This document shows positions 16,380 through 30,835 of a stretch of DNA of 64,000 bases, in pieces. The translations under genes were made by a program, and so were the position numbers. The stretch lies in NCBI RefSeq assembly GCF_009914755.1, contig NC_060946.1; one strand, 5' to 3'. Position 1 is the first letter of the stretch, and each line of letters begins with the position of its first letter. A model generated the notes under the pieces. It saw only the letters and a program-made list of their open reading frames with translations, was not told the DNA's origin and ran no database searches. This DNA comes from the human T2T-CHM13v2.0 reference genome, Homo sapiens.

Positions 16380-17535
16380 GACAATGGCAGAATGGAGCAA
16401 CAAGGAGTAGAGTTACAGAACATGATGCTGTAACTGGGACTGGAGTTACTCTTTTAGAGTTAAAGAATAGGAAACTGGACAAAATATATGAAACTTTTTT
16501 TGAAGTACTGAACATCAGGCAGCACAGTACTGTGCTCCGCAAGAGAAGAGAAGGAGCCAGAATGAGTCCTGCTTTATTCCCAGGTTCTCCGTGACAGCAG
16601 TAGAGAGGAATCCCAGGGAGAGAGATATTGTCATTGCACTGAGGAACCAGATAAAAATCAAAAAAGTTAAGCAGCTGGAATGTGTAGTAGAAGAGAACGT
16701 TTACAGAAAAAGGAACCAATAATCAGCCTAAGGTTTCTCCCAAGTCCCTAAGTCAAATGTACATAGGATGAAATTCTAAGGAGCTCAGCAAAGGACTCTA
16801 CCAGGGAGTTGGAAGAAGAATACTTCCCTGGCATCACATAACAGGAAGACATGTTAGCTCTGACCAGCCAGAGAAGGGAATCCCCTCTGTACCTCCAGGA
16901 TATTCAGTAAAGACCACTGGAGGTTCATGCCCCAGTGACAGTGCTCATTTAGCTCCAAATGACAGATGGCTCTAGACTAACTCAACAAAGTTTAAAGAGA
17001 AGATTTAAAACAAAAACAGAAAAATACTCATCCTGAAGTTACTGAACTGCCTGCCCCAAAATTGTTCAAAGGTAGCCAATAAATTCTAGATATTCAATAG
17101 CATAATATCAAAATACCCAAAAAAAAACTCTGACATGCAAAGAAGCCGGAAGATATATATTATTAAGATATATATTAACAGGATAAAAATAAGTCATTTG
17201 TAAATGACAGAGAAGAAGGAATTTTCAAGGTCCTTAAAGTAAATATATTTTATAAATACATATAGATAAATACATATATATGTCAAAGTAGTTAATTGAA
17301 AATTGATCATAGGAGAAAAATAGAAGTTATAAAAAGAAAAATGTGACATGTATAGATGAAAAATAAATATTTGAAATAAAAATTCCATGAGATAGAATAA
17401 GTCATGGATTTTTCCCTAACATCAGAAAATTTATGGAAAAAAATAGAAGCTTTACAAACTAAAGGACAAAGGGTAAACTAAAATAAGAAAGCCAGAAACT
17501 CACTGTTACGTGAGACAATATGCAGCAGTGTAGCA
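16380..17535 (+). mobile_element. Ancient L1M 5'UTR/ORF1 N-terminal fragment (probable)
   Basis: A-rich coiled-coil-like ORF1 remnant ending GTGAGACAATATGCAGCAG, similar to the 'LWDNIK' region. Boundaries approximate. Confidence 0.45.
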
Positions 17536-19179
17536 TGAGATTTGGAAGGGGCAAGCATTCAAACCATAGCAAGAGTTAAATTTCCTTTTAAAGAAAATCA
17601 CTGATATGATTCCATTTCGCCATAGATAAAAACTAGTATTTCAGCCTACCATTGAAGTGTACTTATAGCTAACGGAAAGGGCACTCTGTCTCAGGAATAC
17701 AGATTTGCCTAGAGGTATCCTATTGCAGTCAAAGAAAGAGCAATGAGGGATAGAAAAGGTTAGTGATGGAGACACCAACGCTGCATTTTACAACAAACAA
17801 TGTAAAAACTTTACAAATTGGTTCTGCTAACTTACTACAGTTTACATTCCTCTCAGGTGGGAGAATTGTTGAGTATTTTCTTAAGACAGAAAAGCAATTC
17901 AGATAATCTGAAATCTCCACAAGAAGGATAAGAAGCACAGCAGAAACTATTCTAGGCAGGAAGTCAATCCATTCAACTGTCTGTGCTCCATAGAAACAAT
18001 TGTCTGCACTGGGAGTCATATGAGGTACAAACAACAGCCAGACCTCTGATCTTCTCATTAGTGATTTCAGAAGAAATTGCCAGTCAGCTGAGTAATTCAC
18101 TTAGTAAAGTAAACATTTGGCACTGACAGAGGTTAGACGGATAGCTATTTGTATCACCATATTCATGAAGCTGGAATATTTTCCATTACTGATATCACAT
18201 CTGAATGGAAGATGTTAAAAGGTCTCTCATCTTGTAAGATGGATATGAAAGAACATTTTTTGAGAAATGAAATTATTCACACACCAGCGAGGTGGATGGA
18301 AGAGAAAACAAAAGAATAATCAGCTTGAGTTCTCCTTGATAAGACAACTCACTAAAAACATAAAGAGAAAAATACAAGTTTAAAATAATTAACCAGAAGA
18401 AGACGACTCTAGATTTTTAAAATTGCTGATAAGATTTTAATTTGCTCCAAGTTGAAAATAACTATATTGCTTGTGTTTTAAGGTACATAATGAGCAATTA
18501 TATCACACATGATAGATTCAGCAGTAAAATATTATCCGTTAACAGCTGGAACTCATAAAAGCATAGCACAATGTGAAGATGGAATTTGCTAAAATAAACC
18601 ATCTGCTGAAAAATACTATTCTGCAAATTTAAAAATAAAGTTTAAATGTTATTTGTCTTATTTAATAGGTCTGTGAAAAAATGCGATATTTGAAAAGTAG
18701 GTGCTACCTTAATTAGTTCTTTATATTAGACAGCTGGTTACAGTAATGCACAGTAAGGTGTTACATAGAAATATTGCTAAATTTTCTGCATATACTATGT
18801 ATTTAGTTAAATTATTTGAAATTTTATAGTTAAAGTAACAAATGTATATTTAAATGTTTTGACACAAATTACAAATATACGTTTAAAAAGCATCTTACAC
18901 TCTAAATATTATTTGTCACCTATATATTTGTCTTTTCTCTATAGGAAAGTTTAAATTTTTCCCTTGAAGCTTTAATTATTTGAGTCTATCAAACAAATTG
19001 ATAATGTACAAACTAACAGGAAAAAATGTTTACAAATATAATTATGTGCACAAGTACGCACTTGGAGTTTACATAATATACATAAATATATATATACAAA
19101 TATTTTTATATTATAAATCAATATACAAATATATACTATATATGTATAAAAACTCCAGGAAAGGCAAGGTAGTCAACAC

Positions 19180-19880
<701 letters not shown>

Positions 19881-20854
19881 CATATGTACAATAAATATTA
19901 TTGTAATTTTTAATCTTTACTCTTCTGTGGAGAAAACATAGGTGTGATTGCTAGTGTAGCTGAACATCACGTTTATTTGACAATATTGCACTTGTGTGTG
20001 GGTGTGCGTACAGCTACTCTTTACATTAGTTCTCAGGTAATGATTAGAGATTAACAATTAATTCAGTAAAATGTATGTTTTGCAATATTTCTCCATGTTA
20101 TTATGTTTTAAATTAGTTTAATCATGCCCCTATAATGTGTATATTTTAACCTTTGACTATAGGTCTCAATCTTACTTTGGTTCCTGTATTTGAATTTATG
20201 CTAATAAGGTTCTACAGCTAAAAAGGGTTATATAAACTTATCTACATTTTTACTAGTATTCTGGTGTCATTTTAAATTATGTAATGAAATCAAATTTTAA
20301 TTTGGATTATTGTTATCTGAGTTAAGGATCTAAATTTTTAATTTTCTTATAAATATTACATAATTATTTCTGAACCATATATTGACTAATGTGCCCTTTA
20401 TGTGATGTGCATTGTAAGAGCTTGGGATTGATTCCTTTGCAAAGATGAATGCTTGAGAAGTAGATATTTAATCATAACATTTCAAAATCTACTGGATAAC
20501 CTAGAATGGAAAAATAGCCTATAGGTTGAAAAACTCCTGTAGCGAAGAAAGAAAATAACTAATATACAGTGACAATATAAATACTATAAGTATTTATTTT
20601 ATTATCGCCCTGAAATTTGATAATACAAACATGTAATATCTACATATCATCCATATATCCGGTCATAAAAAATCAATACATTCTTCAAAAATTTAGCATA
20701 ACAGAAAATACACTCTCTCTCCTTGATGGAATTAAGTTACAAATAAAAGTAAAAATAAGTAGATAAGTAGATGGAAGTAGATGTTTAAAAACAAAGAAAA
20801 ATATTTGTTTTGGATAACATAAAAACTCAATTGACTATTCCAATATTTCAAGAA

Positions 20855-21048
20855 TTTTGGCTGTCAACTGGTGGAGAGTTTTCCCCAGGAGACAATTGTC
20901 AATGTCTAGGGTTATTGTGGGGATGTCAAGACTGGTGGAAGTGTGAAATTTAGAGGTCAAACGAAACACCTAGCATTGCTAGGGCAGCCTCCTACAACAA
21001 AGAATCCTCTAGTCCTAAAGATAAGTAGCACCAAGGTTGAGAAACCAT
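20855..21048 (+). mobile_element. MER20 (hAT-Charlie) DNA transposon fossil
   Basis: CCCCAGGAGACAATTGTCAATGTCTAG ... CAGCCTCCTACAACAAAGAAT ... AAGGTTGAGAAACC. Confidence 0.7.
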
Positions 21049-21163
21049 AATCTAGAAAGTAAACACTATGCAGCTATTCCAAGTGCTCAGGAAAACACAT
21101 CAATGCCCTCGAGGGGAAAAGGGTAAACATTTTAATTGTTGTACATGGTGACACAAATCCATG

Positions 21164-21608
21164 TTGTTAATGTAAGTGGAAGGGGCTGAAGCACAAAACG
21201 TAATTCAAAGAGTTTACTTGATCCAAAATGAGGACAGCTACCTGGAAGAAACAGACCCAAGTTTCCTTGGATATGAACTCCATTTGGAGCTTTGCAACAA
21301 GCAGTTTCTTAAAGGCAAAAAAGGGTCCAGAAGTGGGATGATGCAAAGAGGTTTGTCATAAATTCTCATTGGCTTATGGAAATAACATTTATTAGTGACT
21401 GGCTATACACTGTTACACCATTATTGGGTGTGGATTATAGTGTCTGGTGTGACATTATTTGTTAATTTATAGCTACTGTGGCAACAGCAAGCAGCCTAGA
21501 TGCTCAAAGAGGAGCAGGACAGAACTGCTGTCTCATTTGAATATCTCTCTGGGCCTGATTATTTAAAAGGACTTGCATTTCTCACATGAAAGTTATTTTC
21601 TTTTCTCA
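21164..21608 (-). mobile_element. ERV1 solo LTR, MER65-like
   Basis: Minus strand begins TGAGAAAAGAAAATAACTTTCATGTGAGAAATGCAAGTCCTTTTAAATAATCAGGCCCAGAGAG; TG...CA ends; ~445 bp. Confidence 0.6.
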
Positions 21609-21789
21609 ATGTCCATAAATGAGAATAAATAGACATAAAATAGATCTTTTTGAGGATGAAGTAAATGGAATAAAAAACAAAACCCAAGCTGTACAGAAAT
21701 CATAGAGGGAAGAAAAGGTTATAAATATATGGAGTTTTCAAAGTGATTTTAAGCTATTAGGAACCAATTAAATGTTGGGGGAATTTGTC

Positions 21790-22330
21790 TGAGTATGGGC
21801 TAAAGGAGAATGTCCCTTTTGCCTTCTGAAGTTTCCCTGAAAATCACTAATAGGAGTCAGATAAATAGTAGAAAAGGCATACAGGTTTCTGCAATGTGCG
21901 TACACTGGAGCCCTTAGAATGAAGACCCAGACCCAGCAGAAGCTTATCTACCACATGAAGTTTACAGAAAGAATGGGGTCTTGGATCACAGGGAAAAAAA
22001 AAAAAAGTTATGTGAGAAAACGACCCTGGCTAGCAACAGTGGACTTATTACGTAGGTGAAACCTCACTGGGAGCAGTCCTCAGAGAGAATAGACAGAAAA
22101 TGTTTCTTTCAGACCTTTGGAGACCTCAGACGCTCAGTTAAACTTTCCTAGATCCAGACAAGGGAGCAGATCTCAGAGAAAGCCTGGCTGCATCAAGGCA
22201 GATTCTCTACCGATGCAAATCTCCCCAAGACAGCTTTGCAGCTATGTTTGCATTTCCAGCCCTTCTGAATAGCCATTTTGAAATATATCAAGGAAATATA
22301 TTTTGGGATAAAATATATTAATTTCCTTCA
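21790..22330 (-). mobile_element. MER39-type ERV1 solo LTR
   Basis: Minus strand begins TGAAGGAAATTAATATATTTTATCCCAAAATATATTTCCTTGATATATTTCAAAATGGCT and contains GGGGAGATTTGCATCGGTAGAGAATCTGCCTTGATGCAGCCAGGC. Confidence 0.72.
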
Positions 22331-22349
22331 TACAGCTATAAAACATGCA

Positions 22350-24100
22350 GGAATAATTTTTCTCAATGTCTACTACAAATACAATATAGCAGTAATTATA
22401 AAACCCACCAGATACTGAAGAAAAAATATGTAAAGTACATCACTTACAAATATTGATACTAAAATGCCAAATAAAAAATAATATCCAACAATATTTGAAA
22501 CAGTAAGACAAGAAATTGGCAAAAAAATAAAACAAATATCCACCTTGGGGATGAAAGTGTGATTCCAAATTTGGTAATCCAATAATATTAATAATCATAT
22601 TGATTAGCCCAAATAAAAAATAGGGGATTCTCAGTACACGCTAAAACATATTTGTTAAAAGGTCATATTCACGTCTTTAATGATTTTAAATACTATAAAG
22701 AGTCTGATATTCTATATGCAAACATGTGTATGTCCATTAGAAGAACAGAGGCCTGATTTTCATATGTTACTACATAGAGGTAGAGAAGTGGATAGATTAA
22801 TTTGCATATGCATAGAGAAAGCATAAAATAGTAATTTACTATCATACTTAAAGGAATTTAAATTCAACAATAAAATAATTCAAAGGTACAATTTTAAATA
22901 CTTTTAACAGTTACATTATTAATTAGATAATATTTATAATAATTGTGAAAATATTCAATGCTAAAATAAGATAGAATGTCTAAACATCAGTATTAAAACT
23001 AGTGTAAATATTTGCTTGTTTATACAAGGAAAATTCAAGCTCAACCTAAAATTATATAGGAAATAAAAAAATTTTAAGGGAGCTCTTTAACACAAACATA
23101 TATATATACACACACATATAACATGCATATATGTTATATGGGATAGATATAGATTTAACATGTTATATCTATACTTGTATCTATCTATAACTACAGCTGT
23201 ATGTATCTACATTTCTATATATTTACTCAGTGATATAAATATAGAGTGGAATAAATATAAAAACACGTATGATTCTTGGATAAAAAGGATTTAGTATCAT
23301 AAAGACAAATTCTTTCCAAATTCACCTACGAATCCACAACAATATACAGTTTCATTAGTATAATTTAAAATTTTTAAATAAATTCCAAGATTTATTTAAA
23401 GGAATATACATGTATACCAGCAGTAAAGAAAGAAGCAAGAATGCACTAAACTAACTTGCTATTAAAATACATTTTTAAACTTAGCAACTAAAACTGAGCA
23501 GTAATGATTTGGAGTACTGGAATTTAGGTATATGTGATCTCAAAAGCATAGAGCTCAAAGGAGACCCCTGTATGCACGAGAGTTTAGGATGTGCTTTAGA
23601 AGGCATTACCAAACCACGGGCAAAGTTACTTTGGTGTCTTAGTCTTACTAGGTTTGAAAAGCCAGAGAAAAGACTCAAGGCCACCATATAAGAGCAAAAT
23701 AAAAGGACAGGGAGAGAATGTGAAGATACTGAAACATTTTACATAAAGTTTTATAAAACATACTTTAAAGAAAGTGTAAGGTTTAGGATACACATCAAAA
23801 TCAGCAGAACCACTAAATAAATAAATAGGCATTCTAAAATAGCAAGAGAAAATTTAAATGAATTTCTAAAAAATATTGACACCTATGATTTTTAAAATAT
23901 GTTTCAGATATCCCGTATTTCACAGGGCAGCCTTTCACAACATAGATATATTAGGACATAAAGGCTCTTCTGTTTTTAATTTACTAGTGTTTATAGGGTT
24001 AAAAATGTCTTCTACCTCTGTCTTTTGTCTGATGGTGCAAAAAACTTTCATAAGCATGTACTTCTGAATGCCTGATGGATTGACATATATAATATGCTGC
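22350..24100 (+). mobile_element. Ancient L1M ORF2 remnants with an embedded (TA/CA)-rich tract
   Basis: Degenerate '[13 protein letters not shown]' (~22440-22480) and 'SWIxRxNIIK..LPKxIY' (~23270-23340) equivalents. Right boundary uncertain. Confidence 0.55.
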
Positions 24101-24234
24101 TAGTATTAAATTATATGACGGAAAACGCATCCAATCTTCTCACTGTTTACATAAATTCTAGGTTTCTCCTATTTACCTCAAGCACGTATGGAGCGAATTC
24201 TTACCTTTTAATATTGCCATGGCATTCACATTGA

Positions 24235-25160
24235 ACATAAGTTGAACTCTCTCATATGGTAGCTGGGTTCAGATTCCCTTGACAATTTCCAGTTCTAACC
24301 CTCACAGTTCCTCAGTGTGGCTGGCCCAGATATTGACCCTACACAGCTGCCTCCTCCTGGTGACTAGCCGCTGTGGAACCGTTGGATACAACCTACCTGA
24401 CTCACCCCACAGACCTCACAGCCCACATGGACAGCCCCCACACGCCAGAGTGACCTGCTCAGTTGCAGCTGCAGCCAAAAAATGTGCCTGCTGGCACTCA
24501 CCCCACTGACCAGAGCCCCGTGGAAAATTTATTTGGGTAATGTTCTGGGCCGAATAAAGGCTAGAGTCCCACAGACCCCTTTTATCTCTCTTGCTCCCCA
24601 CTCATCTTCTCCATTTTGTTCAGCCCTATGAGGTGTGCTACTGTATTAGTCCATTTTCACACTGCCGGTAAAGACATGCCCAAGACTGGGTAATTTCCAG
24701 AAGAAAGAAGTTCAATAGATGCACAGTTCCACATGGCTGCATAGGCCTCACAATCATGGTGGAAGGTGAAAGGCACGTCTCATGTGGCAGCAGACAAGAC
24801 AAGAGAGCTTGTGCAGGGAAACTCCCCTTTATAAAACCATCAGATCTTGTGAGACTTATTCACTCTCAGAAGAACAACATGGGAAAGTCCTGCCCCCATG
24901 ATTCAATTTCCTCCCACCTGTTCCCTCCCACAACATGTGGGAATTCAAGATGAGATTTGGCTGGGGACACAGCTAAACCCTCTTCTCAGCTACCCTCTTC
25001 TCTCTGGGTCTGTGAGTAATAAAACTACTTCTGTGATTTCCCATGTTTGGTCCTGTGGCCTCCATGTGCCTGAGCTGACCTACACTGGAACCTAACTCTC
25101 CTCCTGGTCAGGGTCTCTAAGAGTGGCTCTTGTCAGAAATACACAGGACACAGGTCAGGC
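24235..25160 (+). mobile_element. Old ERVL-type LTR (MER73/MER74-like), split by THE1
   Basis: LTR-like composition, AATAAA at ~25017, continuous across the THE1 target-site duplication. Family assignment from memory. Confidence 0.45.
24642..24988 (-). mobile_element. THE1 (MaLR) solo LTR with 5-bp TSD
   Basis: TGTATTAGTCCATTTTCACACTGC...GAGATTTGGCTGGGGACACAGCTAAACC..CA; GCTAC on both sides (24637-24641, 24989-24993). Confidence 0.92.
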
Positions 25161-26449
25161 AACAGCCACCAGGCATCTCCTAGTCTCTACAGATGTTCTG
25201 TGAGACGGAGGCCTGGTCGTGGGATGCACACCTGGCCACTGCTGGGGTAAGGAAGTGTCCTGTGAAAGGCACATGTTAAGCTTCCACAACCTCCTGACCA
25301 GAACCTGAGAAAGGCAGGGCTCCAATTGACAGTCACTCTCCAGAGACAAACCTCAAGCCCTAACTGGAGGAAATGAAAACAATGTAAAAATCTGAATTAT
25401 CTTACTATTTGAATGATCCAGTAAAGACATTCTATGCCTGTACACCACATATTTTCTTCGATTGTGGATATATTTTAGATAGAATTCTATGTCGGGCTTT
25501 CACTTTAGCCTGGTCCCTACCTCAAGCATAAGGTAAAGATTTTCCATGGGTTCTTTTCTGGTACTACTACCTGCCAGTGTGAGGTCATGTCCTAGTCTAT
25601 CTTGAGGGAACCCCCCTATTCATTATTGTCAGAGTGAGACTGTTAAGTCTTGATTTCCCTGGACATCTTCATTGCATGACTTTTAATATGATTTTTAAAT
25701 ATACCCTTTACTGGACAATAAATTATATAGTTATCTGAGTAAGATGTATGGTCAGGAAGAGGCATTGCCTCATTCAGCTTTTCTCTTTGGTGAACTCGCA
25801 TATGTTCTCTTCATCCACCAGTCACCTCTAAACTGTATTGTTCCAAGACAACAAACAGAACTCGAGTGTGTATCTTTCACCACTGGATTTGTCTTTGCTC
25901 CATAAAGCTTAATGCTTAATAGGGTTTCTGTTGATGGAAAGTAAAACATACGTTTAAAATATCAGTAATGATGTTTTCCCCTCCTTTTTAGCACATGTGC
26001 TTGTGAGAGTCATTGTAATACAATTCTAGTCTCATGCTTTGATCATTCCTAAGATGAAAATAACATTTTTAGATAAAATATCTGAGTTTTATGAGGCCTT
26101 TAGTATATGATGTAATAGAATATCAGAAGACCATATTTTTTCTAGTTTTCCATGCAATTCTATCATTGTTTCACCTTTACTCCTACGAAAGTAATTTTCC
26201 AAAACAGATATCTTGTCATTCTTCTTGTTGTTATCAGTACATAAGTGAAATGAAAAGCTAGATTATGTAATTTATCTAGAACAAGAAAGTAGAATTGAGT
26301 CTATATTCATTAATGAGACTAACCAGTCAATTTCACAGATAGGCATTTTACATTTTGAAGATCACATGGATCCATTGTCAGATATATTATTATTTATGCC
26401 TATATGGACATCACCGGTGCATATTTATGTAGAAATCAATGAGAGCTGA

Positions 26450-26755
<306 letters not shown>

Positions 26756-27739
26756 GGAAGCTGGTTTTTAAAATACTGAGATCATATAGATAACAGCACC
26801 TGAAAAATAGACAACACCAAGCTTTATGTGAAAAGGTGTGAGGGTATCAATATTGTTGTGGCTATTGGGGAGGAAAACATCAGTAAAACCAGTGAGTTAA
26901 AGCTGTTGCTTTAAACTTTGGCTTTAATTTAACAAATGTTCTCTGGGGTGACAGTATGTATGTAACCATGCTATGCCCATTCACAGATGCAGTAGAGTGA
27001 AGAATTTCTTAAAGACAACTGTTCTAAGATTGAAACTAAACCATACTGGGTTTGAAAAGAGAAAGTCCAAGAATTATCAAGTATTTTAGATATCAGATAA
27101 AAGAGAATGCCAGGTATGCGATGATAATCAGCAATGGTTGTTCACACAATACATCAAATCAGTGTTTGAATTAGCTTTTGAATTATAAGGACAAATGGAT
27201 GAAGTCTTGACTCTTTAGTAGATAAATCTTGTTAGACTGAGATGTGTTTTCCCCTCTTTTTCCACAAGGAGATTACAAATTCGCAAACCTCAGCTGCTCT
27301 CATTTTATGCTCTCACCAAGCCAAAAGCTGAAGTTCATCAATCAGTGTGTCTAAGTGTTCACTAGTTATATACCATTTTGTAGTTTCAGCTATCTTTCCA
27401 ACTTCCTAAATCATCACCTTCATTTGACCTTGTTTTTTTCCACTATCACTTCTTTATTGACCATATAAAGAATATAAATAAGTGCTTATTTTGTTATTGT
27501 TCATGTTAGTCTAATTTCATCAAAATATCATAATCCTTTAATTTCATTTTAATTTCAAACATTAAATGAAACCTACATAGAAATGAGTGTAAGATTTGCA
27601 TTTGCGTTATTTTGGCATCAATTTGCTATCCTCCCTCATACACCTAGTGATCATTTCCATGTATGTGATTTCAAACATCCAAGTGCAGTATTAAAAGCAG
27701 TTGTAAATTATGGTTCTCATTTTCGTGATACAATTACTA

Positions 27740-28544
27740 TATAAACTTCCTCTTGCTGCTGTAACCAATTACCACAAACTTCATATCTTACAATAAAGTG
27801 ACTGGTAATCCTACAGTACTGGAGCTCAGAAGCCTTAAATGAGACTCACAGGGCTAACATCAAGATTTGGGCAGGGCTGCAATCTTTCTGAGGGCTCTGT
27901 GGCAACATCTATGTACTTGATTTTTTTCAGCATCCAGAGGCCACCTTTATTCTTTGGAACATGACCTCATTCTTATATCTTTTTTTTTTTCTTGAGATGG
28001 AGTCTCCTTCTGTCGCCCAGGCTGGAGTGCAGTGGCATGATCTCAGCTCACTGCAACCTCTGCTTCCCGTGTTCAAGTGATTCTTCTGCCTCAGCTTCCT
28101 GAGTAGCTTAGACTACAGGCACGTGCCACCATGCCCAGTTATTTTTTTGTATTTTTAGGAGGGATGGGGTTTCACCATGTTAGCCAGGATGGTGTCGCTC
28201 TCCTGACCTCGTGATCCACCCACCACAGCCTCCCAAAGTGCTGGGATTAGGCGTGAGCCACCGCGCTGGGTCCTCATTCTTGTATCTTAAAAGTCAGTGA
28301 TGTTGAGTAATTTCTCATGCCACCACCTACATGGTTGCCTTTCTTCTGCCTTCTTCTTTCACTTATAAGGAAGCTTGTGATTTCATTGATCCCAACCATT
28401 TAAGAAAATCTCTCCATCATTTTATTGCAACCTTAATTTCACTTGAAATCTAATTTCCCACTGCCACACAACCTAACATATTTGTGTGTTAGACTCTGGG
28501 AATTAGGACATGAACATTTTTGGGAGGCCATTCTTTTTTCTACA
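27740..28544 (-). mobile_element. MLT1 (C/D/E-like) MaLR LTR interrupted by an Alu
   Basis: TTGCTGCTGTAACCAATTACCACAAACTT ... CATCAAGATTTGGGCAGGGCTGC ... GGGAATTAGGACATGAACATTTTTGGGAGGCCATT. Confidence 0.75.
27980..28271 (-). mobile_element. AluS (Sc-like) with TSD
   Basis: Full Alu body on the minus strand; flanking CCTCATTCTT(A/G)TATCTT on both sides. Confidence 0.94.
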
Positions 28545-28633
28545 GCAGACATAATCTATTTACCTGCAGATTAAAGTGTTCTTTATTTTTCTGCCTCCCT
28601 CTCTTAATTTTCTTAAAATAATAAGAATTGTAG

Positions 28634-29272
28634 TAAAGGAAAGAAAGAAAGAAAAGCAAGGAAAGAAGGAAAGAAGGAAGGAAGGAAGGAAGGAAGGAAG
28701 GAAGGAAGGAAGGAAGGAAGGAAAGAAAGAAAGAAAAGGAGGAAATGAGAGAAGAAAGGAAGGGAGGGAGGGAGGAAGGCAAGAAGGGAGAAAAAAGAAA
28801 GCAAGAACACAAGAAAGAAAGACAGAAAGAAAGAAAGAAAGAAAAAAGAGAGAGAAAGAAAGGAGGAAGAGAGGAAGGAAATGAGGAAGAGAGAATGGTA
28901 AAAGGGAGGAAGGCAAAGAAATAAAGAAAATAAAGAGGAAAAGGAAGGAAGTAAGGAAGGAAGAAAGGAAAAAGGAGGAAAGGAACTGAGGGAGGAAGGA
29001 AGAAAAGGAAAGAGGAAGGGAGAAAAAAGAAAGAAAGCAAGAAAGTGAGAAAGAAAGAATAAGAGAAAAGAAGGGAGGGAGAAAGGAAGGGAGGGATAAA
29101 GGAAGGGAGGGAGGAGGGAAGGAAGAATAAGGAGAAAGAAAGAAGGAAAGAGAAAAAAGAAAAGAAAGAAAGGAAAAGAGAAAAGAAAAGAAAGAGGAAA
29201 AGAAGAAAGGAAGGAAGAAGGCAAGGGAAGGGAAGAGAAGAGAAAGGAAGATGGAAAGAAGGAAGGAAGAAC
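28634..29272. repeat. GA-rich polypurine simple-repeat tract ((GGAA)n, (GAAA)n, (GGGA)n)
   Basis: ~640 bp almost entirely A/G on the + strand. Confidence 0.95.
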
Positions 29273-29339
29273 GCAAATATTAGAAATTCTGGGTTTGTTA
29301 GAGAATATGCCATACTGTTTTTTTTTCCCTTGAAAGGAA

Positions 29340-30000
29340 AGAGTATCTGCCATTGAAGATTGGATGTCTTGTTGATGATATTGTTCTTATCTTCCACATG
29401 ATTACTGAGTTTGTGCCTAGTCTTTCCATTACTAAGACAAAAGTGTTGAAGTCTGCAAATATAATTTTGGATTTTTCTAGTTCACCTTTGATTTCTTTCC
29501 TGTTTTACCTCATGTATTTGGAGGTTCTGTTGTTAGCTGCATACCCTAATTAGTAGGATGTTTACATCTTGAGAATTCATTATTATATTATTTATTATCT
29601 CTCATCTCTGATACTATTCCTTGTTCCGAACTCTGTTGTGTCTAATATCAATGTAGTCCTTCCACAGCTTTATTTTAGTGTTTCCATGATATGGCTTTCT
29701 CCATATCTTGATGATAACCTATTTATATCTCTATGTATTTGGAGCAAGATATAAAATTTAGAGTTGATATTTTAAAGATTTTTCAAGATGGAATTCTTAT
29801 TTATTTTTGTTCTATTTGACATTCTCTGAGTTTCCTATATCTGAAGTTTGATTTTCTGTCACTTCTTTTAGAATATTTTTGGCAGTTATTTTGAAATATA
29901 TTTCTTTTGCTCCATTATTTTTTCCTCTATTCTTTTTGGGATTTCAATTATAACTAGGGTAGGTAATTTCATCTCAGTCTTATGCAGGTACTTTTTCTCA
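29340..30000 (-). mobile_element. Ancient L1M fragment (ORF2 endonuclease region)
   Basis: GTGTTGAAGTCTGCAAATATAATTTTGGATTT...TCTGTTGTTAGCTGCATA is the antisense of IIVGDFNT/YAPN-like motifs. Confidence 0.65.
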
Positions 30001-30184
30001 GGGTCTCAGGAATGTAGCCTTCTCACACCTCTGTTCTTTTCCTGGCTGTGTTGGTGAGCTCAGTGATATTCCTCCTTCACCTTCAAGAGCAGTTTTGTTT
30101 TGTTTTTCCTGTTTTCATACTCCCAGCATCAGGAGTATTCTAAGTGTGGCAGTTTTTGTTGCCTTCCCCTACATATTAAGTGGA

Positions 30185-30466
30185 ATATCTTGGTCTATTC
30201 GGACTCTTATAACAAAATAACATAAACCGGGTGACTAAAAAACAACAGATATTTCTTTTTCACACTTCTTGAGGCTGTAAGATCTCAGGTCAAGATGCTC
30301 ACAAATTCAGTGTTGATGAGAGCCCATTTCATGGTTCATAGATGGTGCCTTCTTTCTATGTCCTCACATAGTGGAAGGCACACAAGAACTCCATTGAGCT
30401 TCTTTTATAAAGGCACTAATCCCATTCACAAGGGCTCGGCCCCCAAGACCTGGTCACCTCCCAAGT
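30185..30466 (-). mobile_element. MLT1A-type LTR, truncated
   Basis: TATAACAAAATAACATAAACCGGGTGACT...GTCCTCACATAGTGGAAGG...TTTTATAAAGGCACTAATCCCATTCA...CACCTCCCAAG. Confidence 0.75.
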
Positions 30467-30835
30467 GTTCTGCTCTCCCTGATCTGTATCATATACAGAC
30501 TCTCTTGGATTCCTTACCAATTGCTTGAGAGATCACAGTGGGTTTGTGGGGAAAAAGTTTTCAAGATGATGGATCTTTCCCAACTTCTGCAGCTGTCAGC
30601 GGTCTCCCAATCTCACCAGCCCCACTTTGTCTTTAGGAATTTATTGATTATTCCAGCTTTACTTGTCATAGTGGTGTCTATTTGTATCTGTCCTATGTAA
30701 GTGCATCTGTCCTTTTTCTCCTTGCAGGTGCAAGTACTCAGGAGTACACTGTTGTTACTAATTACTCAGTATTGGTTGGTACATTGTCAAAGATCAAAAA
30801 ACATTTTTAAAGATAAAAAAAATTCTTGGAAGTTG

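Noticed and set aside
17535-17571. Short MaLR (MLT1A/MST) terminal-like motif GAGATTTGGAAGGGGCAAGCATTCAAACCATAGCA
   Set aside because: Only ~37 bp; cannot be tied reliably to the truncated MLT1A at 30185-30466.
17729-18100. 123-aa minus-strand ORF in apparently non-repeat DNA
   Set aside because: Non-ATG start, no recognisable domain, length compatible with chance.
28540-29397. 238-285-aa Phe/Leu/Ser-rich 'membrane protein' ORFs
   Set aside because: Translations of the CT-rich strand of a simple repeat that lacks stop codons by composition.
30705-30735. Strong splice-acceptor-like motif CTTTTTCTCCTTGCAG|GT
   Set aside because: No supportable partner exon or coding frame. A lncRNA exon cannot be claimed without transcript data.
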